From Eledone cirrhosa (taxonomy: Eukaryota): DNA of 64,000 bases. Below the pieces are notes generated by a model that ran no database searches, was not told the origin of the DNA, and saw only the letters and a program-made list of their open reading frames with translations. A program made the position numbers and the translations under genes. The stretch spans positions 262,384,001 through 262,448,000 of the forward strand of contig OZ024741.1 in NCBI GenBank assembly GCA_964016885.1, given 5' to 3'. Positions 1 through 12,880 of this stretch are shown here, in pieces (the stretch's first letter is position 1; each line of letters opens with the position of its first letter).

Positions 1-3000
1 AGTGTTCTGACTTACGAGTGTTCTGACTTACGGGTGTTCTGACTTACGAGTGTTCCGACTTACGAGTGTTTCGGCTTATGAGTGTTTCGGCTTACGAGCG
101 TTTCGACTACGAGTGTTTCGACTTACGAATGTTTTTGCTTACGAGTGTTTCGACTTACGAATGTTTTTGCTTACGAGTGTTTCGGCTTACGAGTGTTTCG
201 ACTTACAAGTGTTTCGACTTACGAGTGTTTTGACTTACGGGTATTTCGGCTTACGAGTGTTTCTACTTACGAGTGTTTCGACTTACGAGTGTTCCGACTT
301 ACGAGTGTTTTGACTTACGAGTGTTCCGACTTACGAGTGTTTCGGCTTACGAGTGTTTCGGCTCACGAGTGTTTCGACTTACGAGTGTTTTGAATTACGA
401 ATGTTTTGCCTTACGGGTGTTTCGGTTTACGGGTGTTTTGACTTACGAGTGTTCTGACTTACGAGTGTTCCGGCTTACGAGTGTTTCGGCTTACGAGTGT
501 TTTGGTTTACGTGTGTTTCGACTTACGAATGTTTCGGCTTGCGAGTGTTTCGACTTACGAGTGTTCCGACCTACGAGTGTTTCGGCTACGGATGTTCCGA
601 CTTACGGGTGTTTCGGCTTATGAGTGTTTCGAATTACGAGTGTTTTGACTTACGGGTGTTTCGACTTACGAGTGTTTTGGTTTACGTGTGTTTCGACTTA
701 CGAATGTTTCGGCTTACGAGTGTTTCGACTTACGAGTGTTTAAACTTACGAGTGTTTTGACTTACGGGTGTTTCGACTTACGAGTGTTTTGGTTTACGTG
801 TGTTTCGACTTACGAATGTTTCGGCTTACGAGTGTTTCGGCTCACGAGTTTTCCGACTTACGAGTGTTTCGGCTTACGGATGTTTCGACTTACGGGTGTT
901 TCGACTCACGAGTGTTTCTACTTACGAGTGTTTCGACTTACGAGTGTTTTCACTTACGAGTGTTCCGACTTACGAGTGTTTCGGCTTACGAGTGTTCCGA
1001 CCTACGAGGGTTTCGGCTTTCGGGTGTTCCGACTTACGAGTATTTTCAGCTTACGAGTGTTTCGACTTACGAGTGTTTTGACTTACGGGTGTTTTGACAT
1101 AAGAGTGTTTCGATACGAGTGTTCTGACTTACGAGTGTTCTGACTTACGAGTGTTCTCACTTACGGGTGTTCTGACTTACGAGTGTTCCGACTTACGAGT
1201 GTTTCGGCTTATGAGTGTTTCGGCTTACGAGCGTTTGGACTACGAGTATTTCGACTTACGAATGTTTTTGCTTACGAGTGTTTCGAGTTACGAATGTTTT
1301 TGCTTACGAATGTTTTTGCTTACGAGTGTTCTGACTTACGAGTGTTTTGACTTACGAGTGTTCCGACTTACGACTGTTTTGGTTTACGTGTGTTTCGACT
1401 TACGAATGTTTCGGCTTACGAGTGTTTCGACTTACGAGTGTTCCGACCTACGAGTGTTTCGGCTACGGATGTTCCGACTTACGAGTATTTTCGGCTTACG
1501 AGTGTTTTGACTTACGATTGTTTTGACTTACGAGTGTTTTGACTTAAGGATATTTTGACTTACGGGTGTTTCGGCTTACGAGTGTTTCGACTTACGAGTT
1601 TTTTTTGGTTTACGTGTGTTTCGACTTACTAATGTTTCGGCTTACGAGTGTTTAGAATTACGAGTGTTTCGACTTACGGTTGTTCTGACTTACGGGTATT
1701 CCGACTTACGAGTGATTTGGCATACGAGTGTTTCGACTTACGAGTGTTTTCGGCTTACGAGTGTTTCGACTTACGAGTGTTTTGACTTACGATTGTTTCG
1801 GCTTACGAGTGTTTCGACTTACGAGTGTTTCGGCTTACGAGTGTTTCGGCTTATGAGTGTTTTGACTTAAGGGTGTTTCGACGAGTGTTTCGATACGAGT
1901 GTTTCGACTTACGGGTGTTCTGACTTACGAGTGTTCTGATTTACGGATGTTTCGAATTATGAGTGTTTCGACTACGAGTGTTTCGACTTACGAATGTTTT
2001 TGCTTACGAGTGTTTCGACTTACGAATGTTTTTGCTTACGAGTGTTTCGGCTTACGAGTGTTTCGACTTACAAGTGTTTCGACTTACGAGTGTTTTGACT
2101 TACGGTGTTTCGGCTTACGAGTGTTTCGACATACGAGTGTTTTGACTTACCGGTGTTTCGACTTACGGGTGTTTCGACTTACGAGAGTTTCGACTTACGA
2201 GTGTTCTGACTTACGAGTGTTCTGACTTACGAGTGTTCCGACTTGCGAGTATTTCGGCTTACGAGTGTTTCGACATGCGAGTGTTTTGACTTACGGATGT
2301 TTCGACTTACGGGTGTTTCGACTCACGAGTGTTTCTACTTACGAGTGTTTCGACTTAAGAGTGTTCCGACTTACGAGTGTTTTGACTTACGAGTGTTCCG
2401 ACTTACGAGTGTTTCGCTTACGAGTGTTTCGGCTCACGAGTGTTTCGACTTACGAGTGTTTTGAATTACGAATGTTTTGCCTTACGGGTGTTTCGGTTTA
2501 CGAGTGTTTTGACTTACGAGTGTTCTGACTTACGAGTATTCCGGCTTACGAGTGTTTCGGCTTACGAGTGTTTCGACTTACGAGTGTTCCGACCTACGAG
2601 TGTTTCGGCTACGGATGTTCCGACTTACGAGTGTTTCGACTTACGAGTGTTTTGACTTACGGGTGTTTCGACTTACGAGATTTTTTACTTACGGGTGTTT
2701 CGACTTACGGGTGTTTTGACATGCGAGTGTTTCGATACGAGTGTTTCGACTTACGAGTGTTCTGACTTACGAGTGTTTCGACTTACGAGTGTTTCGACTT
2801 ACGAGTGTTTCGACTTACGAGTGTTTCCACTTACGAGTGCTTTTGCCATACGGGTGTTTCGGTTTACGAGTGTTTCGACTTACGAGTGTTCTGACTTACG
2901 AGTGTTCCGACTTACGAGTGTTTCGACTTACGAGTGTTTCGGCTTAAGAGTGTTTCGACATGCGAGTGTTTTGAATTACGGATGTTTCGACTTACTGGTG

Positions 3001-4656
3001 TTTCGACTCACGAGTGTTTCTACTTACGAGTGTTTCGACTTACGAGTGTTCCGACTTACGAGTGATTTGACTTACGAGTGTTCCGACTTACGAGTGTTTC
3101 GGCTTACGAGTGTTTCGGCTCACGAGTTTTTCGACTTAAGAGTGTTTTGAATTACGAATGTTTTGCCTTACGGGTGTTTCGGTTTACGAGTGTTTTGACT
3201 TACGAGTATTCTGACTTACGAGTGTTCCGACTTACGGGTGTTTCGACTTACGAGTGTTTCGACATACGAGTGTTCCGACCTACGAGGGTTTCGGCTTACG
3301 GGTGTTCCGACTTACGAGTATTTTCGACTTACGAGTGTTTCGACTTACGAGTGTTTTGACTTACGATTGTTTCGGCTTACGAGTGTTTCGACTTACGAGT
3401 GTTTTGGCTTACGGGTGTTTTGACATACTAGTGTTTCGATACGAGTGTTCTGACTTACGAGTGTTCCGACTTACGAGTGTTTCGGCTTATGAGTGTTTCG
3501 GCTTACGAGCGTTTCGACTACGAGTGTTTCGACTTACGAATGTTTTTGCTTACGAGTGTTTCGACTTACGAATGTTTTTGCTTACGAATGTTTTTGCTTA
3601 CGAGTGGTCTGACTTACGAGTGTTTTGACTTACGAGTGTTCCGACTTACGAGTGTTTTGGTTTACGTGTGTTTCGACTTACGAATGTTTCGGCTTACGAG
3701 TGTTTCGACTTACGAGTGTTCCGACCTACGAGTGTTTCGGCTACGGATGTTCCGACTTACGAGTGTTCTGACTTACGATTGTTCCGACTTGCGAGTGTTT
3801 CGGCTTACGAGTGTTTCGACATGCGAGTGTTTTGACTTACGGATGTTTCGACTTACGGGTGTTTCGACTCACGAGTGTTTCCACTTACGAGTGTTTCGAC
3901 TTACGAGTGTTCCGACTGACGAGTGTTTTGACTTACGAGTGTTCCGACTTACGAGTGTTTCGGCTTACGAGTGTTTCGGCTCACGAGTGTTTCGACTTAC
4001 GAGTGTTTCGACTTACGAGTGTTTCGACTTACGAGTGTTTTGGCTTACGGGTGTTTTGACATACTAGTGTTTCGATACGAGTGTTCTGACTTACGAGTGT
4101 TCCGACTTACGAGTGTTTCGGCTTATGAGTGTTTCGGCTTACGAGCGTTTCGACTACGAGTGTTTCGACTTACGAATGTTTTTGCTTACGAGTGTTTCGA
4201 CTTACGAATGTTTTTGCTTACGAATGTTTTTGCTTACGAGTGTTCTGACTTACGAGTGTTTTGACTTACGGATGTTTCGACTTACGGGTGTTTCGACTCA
4301 CGAGTGTTTCTACTTACGAGTGTTTCGACTTACGAGTGTTCCGACTTACGAGTGTTTTGACTTACGAGTGTTCCGACTTACGAGTGTTTCGGCTTACGAG
4401 TGTTTCGGCTCACGAGTGTTTCGACTTACGAGTGTTTCGACTTACGAGTGTTTCGACTTACGAGTGCATTTGCCATACGGGTGTTTCGGTTTACGAGTGT
4501 TTCGGCTTACGAGTGTTTCGGCTCACGAGTGTTCTTACTTACGAGTGTTCTGACTTACGAGTGTTCTGACTTACGAGTGTTCTGACTTACGAGTGTTCCG
4601 ACTTACGAGTGTTTCGGCTCACGAGTGTTTCGGCTTACGAGTGTTTCGACTTACGA

Positions 4657-4725
4657 AAATAACAAATAGACGCGGTTTCAAATCTCTATGCTTTTCAAAT
4701 TCATTACATTAATCTTTATTTATAC
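4657..4725. repeat. 69-bp AT-rich island, copy 1 (CTTTTCAAATTC type)
   Basis: Non-satellite sequence AAATAACAAATAGACGCGG...TTTATTTATAC lying between CTTACGA and GTTTCGCTTTACG. Confidence 0.95.
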
Positions 4726-7700
4726 GTTTCGCTTTACGAATGTTTCGACTTACGAGTGTTTCGACTTACGAGTGTTTCGGCTTACGAGTGTTTTGACTTA
4801 CGAGATTTTTTACTTACGGGTGTTTCGACTTACGCGTGTTTCGGCTTACGAATGTTTTGACTTACGAGTGTTTTGACTTACGGGTGTTTTGACATACGAG
4901 TGTTTCGATACGAGTGTTTCGACTTACGAGTGTTTCGGCTTACGAGTGTTTCGGCTCACGAGTGTTTCGACTTAAGAGTGTTTCGACTTACGAGTGTTTC
5001 GACTTACGAGTGTTTCGACTTACGTGTGCTTTTGCCATACGGGTGTTTCGGTTTACGAGTGTTTCGACTTACGAGTGTTCTGACTTACGAGTGTTCCGAC
5101 TTACGAGTGTTTCGACTTACGAGTGTTTCGACTTACGAGTGTTCCGACCTATGAGTGTTTCGGCTTACGGGTGTTCCGACCTACGAGTGTTTCGACTGAC
5201 GAGTGTTTTGACTTACGATTGTTTCGGCTTACGAGTGTTTCGACTTACGAGTGTTTCGACTTACGAGTGTTCTGACTTACGAGTGTTCTGACTTACGAGT
5301 GTTCCGACTTACGAGTGTTTCGGCTTACGAGTGTTTCGACATGCGAGTGTTTTGACTTACGGATGTTTCGACTTACGGGTGTTTCAACTCACGAGTGTTT
5401 CTACTTGCGAGTGTTTCGACTTACGAGTGTTCCGACTTACGAGTGTTTTGACTTACGAGTGTTCCGACTTACGAGTGTTTCGGCTTACGAGTGTTTCGGC
5501 TCACGAGTTTTTCGACTTACGAGTGTTTTGAATTACGAATGTTTTGCCTTACGGGTGTTTCGGTTTACGAGTGTTTTGACTTACGAGTATTCTGACTTAC
5601 GAGTGTTCCGACTTACGGGTGTTTCGACTTACGAGTGTTTCGACTTACGAGTGTTCCGACCTACGAGGGTTTCGGCTTACGGGTGTTCCGACTTACGAGT
5701 ATTTTCGGCTTACGAGTGTTTCGACTTACGAGTGTTTTGTCTTACGATTGTTTCGGCTTACGAGTGTTTCGACTTACGAGTGTTTTGACTTACGTTGTTT
5801 CGGTTTACGCGTGTTTCGACTTACGAGTGTTTTGACTTACGGGTGTTTTGACATACGAGTGTTTCGATACGAGTGTTCTGACTTACGAGTGTTCTGACTT
5901 ACGAGTGTTCTGACTTACGAGTGTTCTGACTTACGGGTGTTCTGACTTACGAGTGTTCCGACTTACGAGTGTTTCGGCTTATGAGTGTTTCGGCTTACGA
6001 GCGTTTCGCCTACGAGTGTTTCGACTTACGAATGTTTTTGCTTACGAGTGTTTCGACTTACGAATGTTTTTGCTTACGAGTGTTCTGACTTACGAGTGTT
6101 TTGACTTACGAGTGTTCCGACTTACGAGTGTTTTGGTTTACGTGTGTTTCGACTTACGAATGTTTCGGCTTACGAGTGTTTCGACTTACGAGTGTTCCGA
6201 CCTACGAGTGTTTCGGCTACGGATGTTCCGACTTACGAGTATTTTCGGCTTACGAGTGTTTTGACTTACGATTGTTTTGACTTACGATTGTTTCGGCTTA
6301 CGAGTGTTTCGACTTACGTGTGTTTCGATTTACGAGTGTTTTGACTTAAGAATATTTTGACTTACGGGTGTTTCGGCTTACGAGTGTTTCGACTTACGAG
6401 TGTTTCGGCTTACGAGTGTTTCGGCTTATGAGTGTTTTGACTTAAGGGTGTTTCGACGAGTGTTTCGATACGAGTGTTTCGACTTACGGGTGTTCTGACT
6501 TACGAGTGTTCTGATTTACGGATGTTTCGAATTATGAGTGTTTCGATACGAGTGTTTCGACTTACGAGTGTTTCGACTACGAGTGTTTTGACTTACGAGT
6601 GTTCTGACTTACGAGTGTTCTGACTTACGGGTGTTCTGACTTACGAGTGTTCCGACTTACGAGTGTTTCGGCCTATGAGTGTTTCGGCTTACGAGCGTTT
6701 CGACTAGGAGTGTTTCGACTTACGAATGTTTTTGCTAACGAGTGTTTCGACTTACGAGTGTTTCGACTTACAAGTGTTTCGACTTACGAGTGTTTTGACT
6801 TACGGTGTTTCGGCTAACGAGTGTTTCAACATACGAGTGTTTTGACTTACCGGTGTTTCGACTTACGGGTGTTTCGACTTACGAGAGTTTCAACTTACGA
6901 GTGTTCTGACTTACGAGTGTTCTGACTTACGAGTGTTCCGACTTGCGAGTGTTTCGGCCTACGAGTGTTTCGGCATGCGAGTTTTTTGACTTACGGATGT
7001 TTCGACTTACGGGTGTTTCGACTCACGAGTGTTTCTACTTACGAGTGTTTCGACTTACGAGTGTTCCGACTTACGAGTGTTTTGACTTACGAGTGTTCCG
7101 ACTTACGAGTGTTTCGGCTTACGAGTGTTTCGGCTCACGAGTGTTCCGACTTACGAGTGTTCCGACTTACGAGTGTTTCGGCTACGGATGTTCCGACTTA
7201 CGAGTATTTTCGGCTTACGAGTGTTTTGACTAACGATTGTTTTGACTTACGGGTATTTCGGCTTACGAGTGTTTCGACTTACGAGTGTTTCGACTTACGA
7301 ATGTTTCGGCTTACGAGTGTTTCGACTTACGAGTGTTTTGACTTACGGGTGTTTCGACTTACGAGTGTTTTGGTTTACGTGTGTTTCGACTTACGAATGT
7401 TTCGGCTTACGAGTGTTTCGACTTACGAGTGTTTAAACTTACGAGTGTTTTGACTTACGGGTGTTTCGACTTACGAGTGTTTTGGTTTACGTGTGTTTCG
7501 ACTTACGAATGTTTCGACTTACGAGTGTTTTGACTTACGATTGTTTCGGCTTACGAGTGTTTCGACTTACGAGTGTTTCGGCTTACGAGTGTTTCGGCTT
7601 ACGAGTGTTTTGACTTAAGGGTGTTTCGACGAGTGTTTCGATACGAGTGTTTCGACTTACGGGTGTTCTGACTTACGAGTGTTCTGATTTACGGATGTTT

Positions 7701-7755
7701 CGACTTATGAGTGTTTCGACTACGAGTGTTTCGACTACGAGTGTTTCGACTTACG

Positions 7756-10700
7756 AGTGTTCTGACTTACGAGTGTTCTGACTTACGGGTGTTCTGACTT
7801 ACGAGTGTTCCGACTTACGAGTGTTTCGGCTTATGAGTGTTTCGGCTTACGAGCGTTTCGACTACGAGTGTTTCGACTTACGAATGTTTTTGCTTACGAG
7901 TGTTTCGACTTACGAATGTTTTTGCTTACGAGTGTTTCGGCTTACGAGTGTTTCGACTTACAAGTGTTTCGACTTACGAGTGTTTTGACTTACGGGTATT
8001 TCGGCTTACGAGTGTTTCTACTTACGAGTGTTTCGACTTACGAGTGTTCCGACTTACGAGTGTTTTGACTTACGAGTGTTCCGACTTACGAGTGTTTCGG
8101 CTTACGAGTGTTTCGGCTCACGAGTGTTTCGACTTACGAGTGTTTTGAATTACGAATGTTTTGCCTTACGGGTGTTTCGGTTTACGGGTGTTTTGACTTA
8201 CGAGTGTTCTGACTTACGAGTGTTCCGGCTTACGAGTGTTTCGGCTTACGAGTGTTTTGGTTTACGTGTGTTTCGACTTACGAATGTTTCGGCTTGCGAG
8301 TGTTTCGACTTACGAGTGTTCCGACCTACGAGTGTTTCGGCTACGGATGTTCCGACTTACGGGTGTTTCGGCTTATGAGTGTTTCGAATTACGAGTGTTT
8401 TGACTTACGGGTGTTTCGACTTACGAGTGTTTTGGTTTACGTGTGTTTCGACTTACGAATGTTTCGGCTTACGAGTGTTTCGACTTACGAGTGTTTAAAC
8501 TTACGAGTGTTTTGACTTACGGGTGTTTCGACTTACGAGTGTTTTGGTTTACGTGTGTTTCGACTTACGAATGTTTCGGCTTACGAGTGTTTCGGCTCAC
8601 GAGTTTTCCGACTTACGAGTGTTTCGGCTTACGGATGTTTCGACTTACGGGTGTTTCGACTCACGAGTGTTTCTACTTACGAGTGTTTCGACTTACGAGT
8701 GTTTTCACTTACGAGTGTTCCGACTTACGAGTGTTTCGGCTTACGAGTGTTCCGACCTACGAGGGTTTCGGCTTTCGGGTGTTCCGACTTACGAGTATTT
8801 TCAGCTTACGAGTGTTTCGACTTACGAGTGTTTTGACTTACGGGTGTTTTGACATAAGAGTGTTTCGATACGAGTGTTCTGACTTACGAGTGTTCTGACT
8901 TACGAGTGTTCTCACTTACGGGTGTTCTGACTTACGAGTGTTCCGACTTACGAGTGTTTCGGCTTATGAGTGTTTCGGCTTACGAGCGTTTGGACTACGA
9001 GTATTTCGACTTACGAATGTTTTTGCTTACGAGTGTTTCGAGTTACGAATGTTTTTGCTTACGAATGTTTTTGCTTACGAGTGTTCTGACTTACGAGTGT
9101 TTTGACTTACGAGTGTTCCGACTTACGACTGTTTTGGTTTACGTGTGTTTCGACTTACGAATGTTTCGGCTTACGAGTGTTTCGACTTACGAGTGTTCCG
9201 ACCTACGAGTGTTTCGGCTACGGATGTTCCGACTTACGAGTATTTTCGGCTTACGAGTGTTTTGACTTACGATTGTTTTGACTTACGAGTGTTTTGACTT
9301 AAGGATATTTTGACTTACGGGTGTTTCGGCTTACGAGTGTTTCGACTTACGAGTTTTTTTTGGTTTACGTGTGTTTCGACTTACTAATGTTTCGGCTTAC
9401 GAGTGTTTAGAATTACGAGTGTTTCGACTTACGGTTGTTCTGACTTACGGGTATTCCGACTTACGAGTGATTTGGCATACGAGTGTTTCGACTTACGAGT
9501 GTTTTCGGCTTACGAGTGTTTCGACTTACGAGTGTTTTGACTTACGATTGTTTCGGCTTACGAGTGTTTCGACTTACGAGTGTTTCGGCTTACGAGTGTT
9601 TCGGCTTATGAGTGTTTTGACTTAAGGGTGTTTCGACGAGTGTTTCGATACGAGTGTTTCGACTTACGGGTGTTCTGACTTACGAGTGTTCTGATTTACG
9701 GATGTTTCGAATTATGAGTGTTTCGACTACGAGTGTTTCGACTTACGAATGTTTTTGCTTACGAGTGTTTCGACTTACGAATGTTTTTGCTTACGAGTGT
9801 TTCGGCTTACGAGTGTTTCGACTTACAAGTGTTTCGACTTACGAGTGTTTTGACTTACGGTGTTTCGGCTTACGAGTGTTTCGACATACGAGTGTTTTGA
9901 CTTACCGGTGTTTCGACTTACGGGTGTTTCGACTTACGAGAGTTTCGACTTACGAGTGTTCTGACTTACGAGTGTTCTGACTTACGAGTGTTCCGACTTG
10001 CGAGTGTTTCGGCTTACGAGTGTTTCGACATGCGAGTGTTTTGACTTACGGATGTTTCGACTTACGGGTGTTTCGACTCACGAGTGTTTCTACTTACGAG
10101 TGTTTCGACTTAAGAGTGTTCCGACTTACGAGTGTTTTGACTTACGAGTGTTCCGACTTACGAGTGTTTCGCTTACGAGTGTTTCGGCTCACGAGTGTTT
10201 CCACTTACGAGTGCTTTTGCCATACGGGTGTTTCGGTTTACGAGTGTTTCGACTTACGAGTGTTCTGACTTACGAGTGTTCCGACTTACGAGTGTTTCGA
10301 CTTACGAGTGTTTCGGCTTAAGAGTGTTTCGACATGCGAGTGTTTTGAATTACGGATGTTTCGACTTACTGGTGTTTCGACTCACGAGTGTTTCTACTTA
10401 CGAGTGTTTCGACTTACGAGTGTTCCGACTTACGAGTGATTTGACTTACGAGTGTTCCGACTTACGAGTGTTTCGGCTTACGAGTGTTTCGGCTCACGAG
10501 TTTTTCGACTTAAGAGTGTTTTGAATTACGAATGTTTTGCCTTACGGGTGTTTCGGTTTACGAGTGTTTTGACTTACGAGTATTCTGACTTACGAGTGTT
10601 CCGACTTACGGGTGTTTCGACTTACGAGTGTTTCGACATACGAGTGTTCCGACCTACGAGGGTTTCGGCTTACGGGTGTTCCGACTTACGAGTATTTTCG

Positions 10701-12880
10701 ACTTACGAGTGTTTCGACTTACGAGTGTTTTGACTTACGATTGTTTCGGCTTACGAGTGTTTCGACTTACGAGTGTTTTGGCTTACGGGTGTTTTGACAT
10801 ACTAGTGTTTCGATACGAGTGTTCTGACTTACGAGTGTTCCGACTTACGAGTGTTTCGGCTTATGAGTGTTTCGGCTTACGAGCGTTTCGACTACGAGTG
10901 TTTCGACTTACGAATGTTTTTGCTTACGAGTGTTTCGACTTACGAATGTTTTTGCTTACGAATGTTTTTGCTTACGAGTGGTCTGACTTACGAGTGTTTT
11001 GACTTACGAGTGTTCCGACTTACGAGTGTTTTGGTTTACGTGTGTTTCGACTTACGAATGTTTCGGCTTACGAGTGTTTCGACTTACGAGTGTTCCGACC
11101 TACGAGTGTTTCGGCTACGGATGTTCCGACTTACGAGTGTTCTGACTTACGATTGTTCCGACTTGCGAGTGTTTCGGCTTACGAGTGTTTCGACATGCGA
11201 GTGTTTTGACTTACGGATGTTTCGACTTACGGGTGTTTCGACTCACGAGTGTTTCCACTTACGAGTGTTTCGACTTACGAGTGTTCCGACTTACGAGTGT
11301 TTTGACTTACGAGTGTTCCGACTTACGAGTGTTTCGGCTTACGAGTGTTTCGGCTCACGAGTGTTTCGACTTACGAGTGTTTCGACTTACGAGTGTTTCG
11401 ACTTACGGGTGCATTTGCCATACGGGTGTTTCGGTTTACGAGTGTTTCGGCTTACGAGTGTTTCGGCTCACGAGTGTTCTTACTTACGAGTGTTCTGACT
11501 TACGAGTGTTCTGACTTACGAGTGTTCTGACTTACGAGTGTTCCGACTTACGAGTGTTTCGGCTCACGAGTGTTTCGGCTTACGAGTGTTTCGACTTACG
11601 AAAATAACAAATAGACGCGGTTTCAAATCTCTATGCTTTTCAAATTCATTACATTAATCTTTATTTATACGTTTCGCTTTACGAATGTTTCGACTTACGA
11701 GTGTTTCGACTTACGAGTGTTTCGGCTTACGAGTGTTTTGACTTACGAGATTTTTTACTTACGGGTGGTTCGACTTACGCGTGTTTTGTCTTACGAATGC
11801 TTAGACTTACGAGTGTTTTGACTTACGGGTGTTTTGACATACGAGTGTTTCGATACGAGTGTTTCGACTTACGAGTGTTTCGGCTTACGAGTGTTTCGGC
11901 TCACGAGTGTTTCGACTTAAGAGTGTTTCGACTTACGAGTGTTTCGACTTACGAGTGTTACGACTTACGTGTGCTTTTGCCATACGGGTGTTTCGGTTTA
12001 CGAGTGTTTCGACTTACGAGTGTTCTGACTTACGAGTGTTCCGACTTACGAGTGTTTCGACTTACGAGTGTTTCGACTTACGAGTGTTCCGACCTACGAG
12101 TGTTTCGGCTTACGGGTGTTCCGACCTACGAGTGTTTCGACTGACGAGTGTTTTGACTTACGATTGTTTCGGCTTACGAGTGTTTCGACTTACGAGTGTT
12201 TCGACTTACGAGTATTCTGACTTACGAGTGTTCTGACTTACGAGTGTTCCGACTTACGAGTGTTTCGGCTTACGAGTGTTTCGACATGCGAGTGTTTTGA
12301 CTTACGGATGTTTCGACTTACGGGTGTTTCGACTCACGAGTGTTTCTACTTGCGAGTGTTTCGACTTACGAGTGTTCCGACTTACGAGTGTTTTGACTTA
12401 CGAGTGTTCCGACTTACGAGTGTTTCGGCTTACGAGTGTTTCGGCTCACGAGTTTTTCGACTTACGAGTGTTTTGAATTACGAATGTTTTGCCTTACGAG
12501 TGTTTCGGTTTACGAGTGTTTTGACTTACGAGTATTCTGACTTACGAGTGTTCCGACTTACGGGTGTTTCGACTTACGAGTGTTTCGACTTACGAGTGTT
12601 CCGACTTACGAGGGTTTCGGCTTACGGGTGTTCCGACTTACGAGTATTTTCGGCTTATGAGTGTTTCGACTTACGAGTGTTTTGTCTTACGCTTGTTTCG
12701 GCTTACGAGTGTTTCGACTTACGAGTGTTTTGACTTACGGTGTTTCGGTTTACGCGTGTTTCGACTTACGAGTGTTTTGATTTACGGGTGTTTTGACATA
12801 CGAGTGTTTCGATACGAGTGTTCTGACTTACGAGTGTTCTGACTTACGAGTGTTCTGACTTACGGGTGTTCTGACTTACG
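7756..12880 (+). repeat. Higher-order copy of positions ~1-5950, with internal deletions
   Basis: Matching ORF translations at offset 7755 (50/7805, 1899/9654), then 7374 (3078/10452), then 6945 (4688/11633, 5315/12260). Confidence 0.88.
11602..11670. repeat. 69-bp AT-rich island, copy 2
   Basis: Identical to copy 1 by eye, with the same flanks. Confidence 0.95.

Noticed and set aside
4657-4725. Island as an active MITE, SINE or site-specific mobile element
   Set aside because: It has only a 6-bp AT-rich inverted match, no target-site duplication, no poly(A) tail and no Pol III A/B boxes. Shared flanking variants show spread by array duplication.
4657-4725. Island as a tRNA, snRNA or spliced-leader gene
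   Set aside because: No cloverleaf, no stable stems, and no leader sequence or Sm site that I recognise.
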